DNA of 64,000 nt from Bacteroidales bacterium (GTDB lineage Bacteria; Bacteroidota; Bacteroidia; Bacteroidales; JAGOPY01), in assembly GCA_023229505.1 (NCBI GenBank), contig JALNZD010000001.1, forward strand, positions 66,823 to 130,822. Reading direction: 5' to 3'. The number at the start of each line of letters is the position of its first letter. Positions within the stretch are counted from its first letter, which is position 1. Positions 58,571 through 64,000 of the stretch are shown here, one piece after another. The position numbers and the translations under genes were made by a program. The notes beneath the pieces were generated by a model. It worked only from the letters and a program-made list of their open reading frames with translations. It had not been told where the DNA came from and did not search any database.

Positions 58571-58723
58571 ATAAATAGAAATATAATGGAAATACAATGG
58601 AAATACAATGGAAATATAATGGAAATAAAGCATAAATACAATAGAATCATATTTCCAAGTTTTCAACGTATTTCCATGTATTTCAACATATTTCCATGTA
58701 TTTCAATGTATTTCAAAATTTCC
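58571..58723. repeat. inverted pair of decamer/undecamer arrays filling the cusC-cusB spacer
   Basis: 58571..58640 reads (AATGGAAATAC)n with an 11-nt phase. 58651..58723 reads (TTTCnAnnTA)n with an exact 10-nt phase and the opposite orientation. The last five cusC codons (NFEIH) lie in the array. Confidence 0.8.
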
Positions 58724-60166
58724 TAATCTTTTGAGCCATGCAATGGAAGTGTTGAAATCGGCAATAGCTTCTATTTGCTTGTATTCGTAATCGAGGGTTT
58801 GCTGGCGAATGCGTAAAATATCAGTGAGATCTGAACCGGACGATGCATAACTTTTAAGCATAATATCGAGCGATCTCAAAGCTAGCTGATATTGTTCAGC
58901 ATAGAGTTTTGTACGGCGCTGAGCATCCTGGTATAATTGCATGGCCTGATAATACTCCGTTTGCAATGAATTAGCCGTTGCTTTGTAATATTGTTTATTA
59001 GTCGATTTCAAAAAGTCGGCTTCGGTTTGCATAGCTTTATATTTTTTGCGGTAAATGGGTAAAGTAGCCGTTACCATCGGCATAATCATATCTTTTCCAT
59101 TCATTGAGGAAGTGGACATATCACTTTTACTGATAATCGAATAATTTAAACCTAAACCGAACATAGGATAGCCCATGCGTGTAACCATTTTTTTACGGGC
59201 TTCGAGCGATTGCTGCTCATATTGAATCATCCCCAGCATCGGATTGTTACTTAAAATACTATCCGATACAGCAATCATCGACGGTAAAAAGTTTTCGGCA
59301 ATTAAAGTATCAGGCAGCGAAACCGGCGAATCAGGTGGCCTGTTCAGATAGCTGTTAAATTCGGCAACAGTGGTATTCCATTGGTTTTTTAACAGTTCTA
59401 TATTGTTCAGAAGGTCACCGATTTCAATTTGGATCCTATACACATCAGAAAGCCCTGAACTACCGGAAGATGAACCCATTGAGTTGTCCTGCATTGTTGA
59501 TGCTGCCTGATTTGAAACAGACCCGGCAGTATTGCCCGAAATTCCTCCCATACTTTGCATACCGGAGGATCCGGAAGTAGCACTTTGAGTGGAAGCCGGG
59601 GACATTCTCCTGTTAGGTGTTGCGGTGCCATTCCCTGTCGGAGCGGCTTTGAACCTGACGATGGCCAATCTTTCAATCGTGCGAAGAATCTCGATATTTT
59701 TCTCCGAAATGCGGATATTCTGTTTAACTTTATGCAAATCGTACCATTTGCGTTGTACATCATAAAAGACCTGCAATTTGGCATCGCGAAATGATCCGTA
59801 TTTTGCTTTTGCCATCAGGCTCATTTCATCCTTAGCCGATTTTATCACACCGAACCATGGGAACATTTGCATCAGCCTTATATCAGCCACCTGGTTACCA
59901 CCAATAAGTTCCATGGGGCTGAGGAAGACTCCGAGACTAAAGTCAGGATCGGGTAAGCTGCCAACCTGCGGTACCTTTTGCAAAGCTGCCTCATATTCAA
60001 AATATCGCTGAAGTACTGTTGGGTTGTTTTGAGCAGCAATTTCAAGATAGTTCAGCAATGAGTCGGTTTGGGAATATGCTGATATACATAGAAATAAATA
60101 GAAATACATGGAAATACATGCAATGATATAATTCGTGGAGAATTTGAATTTATTGTTGTTTTTCAT
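58703..60166 (-). CDS. cusC: TolC-family outer membrane efflux protein (CusC-like)
   Basis: 487 aa. TolC-type repeats (LLNYLEIAAQNNPTVL..., IADFNTSIAWLKRL). Contains a Ser/Gly/Met-rich low-complexity insert. Confidence 0.87.
   Translation of the reverse strand: MKNNNKFKFSTNYIIACISMYFYLFLCISAYSQTDSLLNYLEIAAQNNPTVLQRYFEYEAALQKVPQVGSLPDPDFSLGVFLSPMELIGGNQVADIRLMQMFPWFGVIKSAKDEMSLMAKAKYGSFRDAKLQVFYDVQRKWYDLHKVKQNIRISEKNIEILRTIERLAIVRFKAAPTGNGTATPNRRMSPASTQSATSGSSGMQSMGGISGNTAGSVSNQAASTMQDNSMGSSSGSSGLSDVYRIQIEIGDLLNNIELLKNQWNTTVAEFNSYLNRPPDSPVSLPDTLIAENFLPSMIAVSDSILSNNPMLGMIQYEQQSLEARKKMVTRMGYPMFGLGLNYSIISKSDMSTSSMNGKDMIMPMVTATLPIYRKKYKAMQTEADFLKSTNKQYYKATANSLQTEYYQAMQLYQDAQRRTKLYAEQYQLALRSLDIMLKSYASSGSDLTDILRIRQQTLDYEYKQIEAIADFNTSIAWLKRLGNFEIH
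60087..60120. repeat. decamer array (GAAATAnATn x3) inside the cusC signal-peptide coding region
   Basis: cata gaaataaata gaaatacatg gaaatacatg. 60091..60107 is the perfect reverse complement of 60581..60597 and of 60611..60627. Confidence 0.75.
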
Positions 60167-60560
60167 CTTTGGTCAGTTTGATGAAATTGTTTAATCTGAT
60201 TTGAAGATCTTTAGAAACAGTTTTATAATCATCAAAAATTTCTTGGGAGATTTTACCTCGTTCAAATAATAGCTCAAGCCAATGATCGGTGGCTTCAGAC
60301 TGGGATGCCCTCGCATTATAATAAAACCGAACCTTATGCAAATAATGAAATCGGCTATAACCTTCTGCGATGTTCGCTCCAATAGAATCGGTTGAACGGA
60401 TAAACTGATCACCAATGACTTTTTTTTCTTCAAAACTCATTTTTGAATAAATGTTCCAAGCAATAACTGAAAGTTTCCTGGCTAATTGATATACCTTCAA
60501 ATCCTTAACTTGTATGTAGTTTCTACTTCCATTTATTTCATTAATTTCATTTATTTCCAT
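60150..60560 (-). CDS. four-helix-bundle protein (23S rRNA intervening-sequence protein family, TIGR02436-like)
   Basis: 136 aa. DLKVYQLARKL..., STDSIGANIAEGYSRF and YYNARASQSEATDHWLELL match the family. The N-terminus MEINEINEIN is encoded by repeat DNA. The stop overlaps the cusC start by 17 nt. Confidence 0.85.
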   Translation of the reverse strand: MEINEINEINGSRNYIQVKDLKVYQLARKLSVIAWNIYSKMSFEEKKVIGDQFIRSTDSIGANIAEGYSRFHYLHKVRFYYNARASQSEATDHWLELLFERGKISQEIFDDYKTVSKDLQIRLNNFIKLTKDEKQQ

Positions 60561-60632
60561 GTATTTCTATGTATTTCAACGTATTTCTATTTATTTCTAA
60601 GTATTTCTATGTATTTCTATTTATTTCAATTT
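60529..60632. repeat. decamer array (GTATTTCTAT-type, about 10 units)
   Basis: Exact 10-nt phase from 60551 to 60630: ttatttccat gtatttctat gtatttcaac gtatttctat ttatttctaa gtatttctat gtatttctat ttatttcaat. It covers the whole cusA-4HB spacer, the 4HB start and the cusA stop. Confidence 0.82.
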
Positions 60633-63600
60633 CCTTTCCCTCCACATCGCCTGAAACAAAGGAACCACGAAGACTGTCATTACCTGGATAACCATACCAC
60701 CAAACATGGGTATTGCCATTGGGACCATAATATCAGCTCCTTTGCCGTTAGATGATAAGACAGGTAATAAAGCAATGACAGCAACGGCTGTGGTCATCAT
60801 AGCTGGCCTTACACGTTTCAGCCCGGCAGACACTACGGCTTCACGCACTTCATGAACAGTTGCAGGATGCCGCGCTTCAAATACCTGGTGAATATAAGTC
60901 CCCATGATTACGCCATCATTAGTGGCTATACCGAATAAAGCAATAAAACCAACCCAGACTGCCACGCTCAGATTTATCGTGTGCATCTGGAACATATCCC
61001 GCAGGTTTATGCCAGCAACGGAAAAATTAAGAAACCAACCCTGACCATATAACCAGAGCATGATAAATCCACCGGCAAATGCGACGAATACGCCGGAAAA
61101 ATGAATAAATGAGGCCGTAACAGTGCGGAATTGGAAGTACAACAATAACAATATCAATAATAAGCTTATGGGTATGACAATAGCCAGTCTTTTTGTAGCC
61201 CTCAGCTGATGTTCATAATTGCCAGCGAATTTATAAGACACTCCGGCAGGAAGGGTAAGAGATCCTGTATTCAGCTTCTGTTGGATTATTTTAGCTGCTT
61301 CTTCCACTACATCAACTTCTGCTTTTCCTTCTATCTTATCGAATATAACATATCCGACAAGGAAGGTGTTTTCACTCCGGATCATTTGAGCTCCGCGGGT
61401 GTAATCAATATCGGCGATTTCGCCCAAAGGAACCTGGACGCCATTCATTGCCGGGATCAGGATGCGTTTCAGGTCATCAGGATTATCGCGCAACTCACGG
61501 GCATAACGGACCCTGATTGGGAACCTTTCGCGGCCTTCGACCGATGTGGAAAGGCTCATGCCTCCGACAGCCACCTGCAGCACTTCCTGGACATCGCTGA
61601 TACTCATCCCATAACGGGCCATCGCTTCGCGATTGAGGTTGATTTCGAGGTAAGGCGCCCCTACGGCCCGGTCGTAGAACACGGATGATGCTTTGACTGA
61701 CGGCACATCTTTCAGCGCTTGCTCAAACTGCATACCAGCCAGCTCGATGGAGTTGAGATCGGGCCCGTAAACTTTTAAACCCATCGGGGCGCGCATACCG
61801 GTTGAAAGCATCACCAGCCGGGTCTCAATCGGTTGCAGCTTTGGAGCGGAAGTCAGACCAGGGATGTCAGTTACCTTGACTATTTCGTTCCAGATATCCA
61901 GAGGCTTTTTAATCTGCGGACGCCACTGGCGGAAATACTCTCCATTTTCATCTTTTATCAGAAAACTATCTATATTTTTCGAAATATATTGAAATACATT
62001 GAAATACGTTGAAATATTAGAATCCCGTATTTCAGATTTTATCCACTGACCTTTGACTAAAACTAAAAATGTTCCACTTTCTTTATTATACTTTATTTCC
62101 TCAATATTATCGACTGTAACTTTATTTCCATCTATTTCTATTGTATTTCCATCTATTTCTATTGTATTTCCATCTATTTCTATTGTATTTCCATCTATTT
62201 CTATTGTATTTCCATCTATTTCAACCGCATTTCTATTTATTTCTATTGTATTTCTGAATTCCGACAAGTTCAAAATAAAATTCACATTCTTATCTGCCTT
62301 AAACCTTTGTCTATGCCCATTTTCGTTAAGGATGTACTCAGGCCGGTAATTGATAGTATTCTCAAACATTTGCACCGGGGCCGGATCAAGGGCAGAATTA
62401 ACGCGGCCCCATTTACCCACGGCAATTTCGACTTCGGGAATAGCAGAAAGCCGTTTGTCGAGCGTTTCAATGTATTCAAGGTTCTTCTCAATGCTTGAAT
62501 GTGGCATACTGGTGGGCATGAGCAAGAAAGAACCTTCGTTTAATGAAGGCATAAACTCCTTGCCAATTCCCGGAAACGTCTTTACAGGAGCCTGCCAGAT
62601 TGCTGTTTGCCTGAAATTTTTCCAACCCACACTTTCTATACCTGATGCAACAAAACCGAATATTTTATCAAAACCCTGCCAGGCTAACAGACCAAAAAAT
62701 AAAGTGACTGCCGGTATGATCAGGAACTTACTTTTATGTGCCAACGCCCAACGAATAATATCTTCATAATAATGCACCATGGACATCAGGGCAGCAAGAA
62801 TCACAGCAATGATACCACTCACAAAAATGAAATTGATGAAAGTACTGTTATGAGCGCCTAGGGGAAGCCACTCAACTGAGAGATACCAGGCTGCTGCAAG
62901 CACGGTAATGGCAATGTTGATATAGTTAGGAAATTCTTTCCGGTATTCAGGCCAGCGGTAATCGAGCAAATTATTTATACCTACAGCAATTAAAGCCAAT
63001 GCCGGCCAGGTATGCCAGAAAATTATAAACGCTATCCCTGCTATGATAAGGCTTCCGTTCCACACCATTCGGATTTTCTTTTTATCAAAGCGGATATTGA
63101 AGAATATATGCACCAGTGTTGGCAAAACCACGATTCCGAGGATAAATGCAGCGATCAGGGCGAAGGTTTTCGTAAAAGCCAGGGGGTGAAATAATTTACC
63201 TTCGGCGGCCTGCATGGCAAAAACGGGCAGAAAGCTGACAATGGTAGTTGCAATGGAAGTAACCACCGCTGCACGCACTTCGGTAGTGGCCAGGTATATA
63301 ACCTGGAGCAATTTCTTCCCACGGATGCCTAAATTTTCGGGCATTTCCAAATGCCGGAGAATGTTCTCCACATCCACAATCCCAATGTCGACCATTACGC
63401 CAATGGCAATTGCAATACCCGATAAGGCAACGATATTGGCTTCGATGCCGAATAGTCGCATGAGGATGAAAGTCATTAATACGCCAATGGGCAGAAGGCC
63501 CGCTACAATGAGGGATGCTCTCAGGTTCATCACCAGGATAATAATCACAATAATACTGATAAGGATTTCATGCGATAGGGCATATTCAAGCGTTCCGATG

Positions 63601-64000
63601 GTTTCTTTAATCAGCCCGGTACGGTCGTAGAATGGAACAATCGTCACTTTGGAAACTGAACCATCGGGCAGGGTTTTTTGCGGCAAACCGGCTTCTATCT
63701 CTTTTATTTTATCTTTTACATTATTGATGACTTCCATGGGATTTGACCCAAAGCGGGCAACTACTACCGCGCCTACTGCTTCGGAACCCGACTTATCGAG
63801 TCCACCGCGGCGGGTAGCCGGTCCAAATGCAACGCGGGCAACATCTTTAATGCGCACCGGTACATTGTTTCTTACAGCTACGACAGAGATTTCAAGGTCT
63901 TCCAAATTCTTTACATAGCCTAAACCGCGGATAATGTATTCCACATTGTTAATTTCTATAGTTTCCGCACCGATGTCGAGGTTGCTTTTGCGCACGGCAT
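60621..64000 (-). CDS. cusA: CusA/CzcA-family heavy-metal RND efflux pump (5-prime end beyond the window)
   Basis: RND permease motifs throughout (GIAIAIGVMVDIGIV, MLSTGMRAPMGLKVYG, GIATNDGVIM). The frame is open through base 64000. The apparent start at 63995 is an internal GTG (..AVRKSNLDIGAETIE.. lies about 200 residues into CusA homologs). Confidence 0.93.
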   Translation of the reverse strand, partial: AVRKSNLDIGAETIEINNVEYIIRGLGYVKNLEDLEISVVAVRNNVPVRIKDVARVAFGPATRRGGLDKSGSEAVGAVVVARFGSNPMEVINNVKDKIKEIEAGLPQKTLPDGSVSKVTIVPFYDRTGLIKETIGTLEYALSHEILISIIVIIILVMNLRASLIVAGLLPIGVLMTFILMRLFGIEANIVALSGIAIAIGVMVDIGIVDVENILRHLEMPENLGIRGKKLLQVIYLATTEVRAAVVTSIATTIVSFLPVFAMQAAEGKLFHPLAFTKTFALIAAFILGIVVLPTLVHIFFNIRFDKKKIRMVWNGSLIIAGIAFIIFWHTWPALALIAVGINNLLDYRWPEYRKEFPNYINIAITVLAAAWYLSVEWLPLGAHNSTFINFIFVSGIIAVILAALMSMVHYYEDIIRWALAHKSKFLIIPAVTLFFGLLAWQGFDKIFGFVASGIESVGWKNFRQTAIWQAPVKTFPGIGKEFMPSLNEGSFLLMPTSMPHSSIEKNLEYIETLDKRLSAIPEVEIAVGKWGRVNSALDPAPVQMFENTINYRPEYILNENGHRQRFKADKNVNFILNLSEFRNTIEINRNAVEIDGNTIEIDGNTIEIDGNTIEIDGNTIEIDGNKVTVDNIEEIKYNKESGTFLVLVKGQWIKSEIRDSNISTYFNVFQYISKNIDSFLIKDENGEYFRQWRPQIKKPLDIWNEIVKVTDIPGLTSAPKLQPIETRLVMLSTGMRAPMGLKVYGPDLNSIELAGMQFEQALKDVPSVKASSVFYDRAVGAPYLEINLNREAMARYGMSISDVQEVLQVAVGGMSLSTSVEGRERFPIRVRYARELRDNPDDLKRILIPAMNGVQVPLGEIADIDYTRGAQMIRSENTFLVGYVIFDKIEGKAEVDVVEEAAKIIQQKLNTGSLTLPAGVSYKFAGNYEHQLRATKRLAIVIPISLLLILLLLYFQFRTVTASFIHFSGVFVAFAGGFIMLWLYGQGWFLNFSVAGINLRDMFQMHTINLSVAVWVGFIALFGIATNDGVIMGTYIHQVFEARHPATVHEVREAVVSAGLKRVRPAMMTTAVAVIALLPVLSSNGKGADIMVPMAIPMFGGMVIQVMTVFVVPLFQAMWRERKLK
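61981..62256. repeat. in-frame inverted decamer arrays inside cusA, including four perfect 21-nt tandem copies
   Basis: 61981..62020 reads gaaatatatt gaaatacatt gaaatacgtt gaaatattag. The array in 62091..62256 has the opposite orientation. ATCTATTTCTATTGTATTTCC is repeated perfectly four times (62130..62213), encoding GNTIEID x4 on the minus strand. Confidence 0.88.

Noticed and set aside
58552-58650. N-terminal extension of cusB (MILLYLCFISIIFPLYFHCIS...) and the 17901..18092 extension of coaD
   Set aside because: The extensions are read-through of repeat or upstream DNA. Canonical N-termini (MKRKKIFY... with a TM anchor; MERIAVFPGSFDP...) begin at internal ATGs.
60150-60560. The four-helix-bundle protein as the Avd component of a diversity-generating retroelement
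   Set aside because: The window contains no reverse transcriptase gene and no template/variable repeat pair differing at adenines. The nearby repeats are short tandem oligomers, not TR/VR.
58571-62256. The decamer and 21-nt arrays as CRISPR arrays
   Set aside because: The units are contiguous, with no unique spacers, and the period (10-21 nt) is far too short. No cas genes are present, and several arrays lie inside coding sequence.
62053-62349. Plus-strand ORF translating to FPSISIVFPSISIV... (and the similar ORF 60486..60755)
   Set aside because: These are antisense translations of the tandem repeats inside or next to cusA. The minus-strand RND pump frame is unambiguous.

Overview
This is a 64-kb chromosomal segment from a Bacteroidota-type bacterium. 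The evidence is two proteins with T9SS C-terminal sorting domains, TAnnTTTG -7 promoter boxes, a GH92 mannosidase and a Bacteroidota-style Cus operon. All calls come from reading the ORF translations and the DNA by eye; no database search was possible.

Most of the window is housekeeping:
- ECF sigma/anti-sigma pair, POT peptide transporter, TIGR01212 radical SAM
- pyrH, zwf-pgl, secA, coaD, pyrE, birA
- the rsfS-ftsH...LUD-cdsA-psd-frr block
- an AI-2E/YtxH/holin-like/radical-SAM-SPASM cluster
- GH92, aldehyde dehydrogenase, PNP, efp, lpxD
- an O-antigen-type polysaccharide locus, purD, rnhB, a MATE pump and a CHAD protein

Accessory or visibly AT-richer parts:
- a two-gene lipoprotein/T9SS island (22.4-25.8 kb)
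- a decayed peptidase locus (36.6-37.7 kb)
- a small junkyard island (48.3-52.1 kb) with an intact MNT/HEPN pair, a restriction-modification remnant, a decayed RelE-type TA pair, a lipoprotein and a sugar amidotransferase
- a minus-strand Cus-type heavy-metal RND operon (56.5-64 kb; cusA is cut by the window edge)

The most unusual signal is not a gene but a recurring DNA architecture of short tandem oligomer arrays.
1. One degenerate decamer (GTATTTCnAT, reverse complement ATnGAAATAC) forms six arrays arranged as three inverted pairs inside the Cus operon. One pair brackets a four-helix-bundle (23S-rRNA-IVS-protein/Avd-fold) gene wedged between cusA and cusC. One pair fills the cusC-cusB spacer. 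One pair lies in frame inside cusA and includes four perfect 21-nt copies that encode (GNTIEID)n.
2. Heptanucleotide arrays of the form T(A/G)AGKKT start exactly at the stop codons of several unrelated genes. Because 7 = 1 mod 3, they place stops in all three frames.
3. An inverted 16-nt core built from 7/11-nt repeats flanks the AT-rich island inserted after ftsH.

I propose, as inference only, that these are one class of inverted short-tandem-repeat elements, with or without cargo, that act as RNA stems or as non-autonomous mobile cassettes.

I also found genes missing from the ORF track:
- an edge-truncated anti-sigma-like gene
- a 52-aa Arc/RHH gene downstream of the SPFH gene
- a 57-aa antitoxin-like gene
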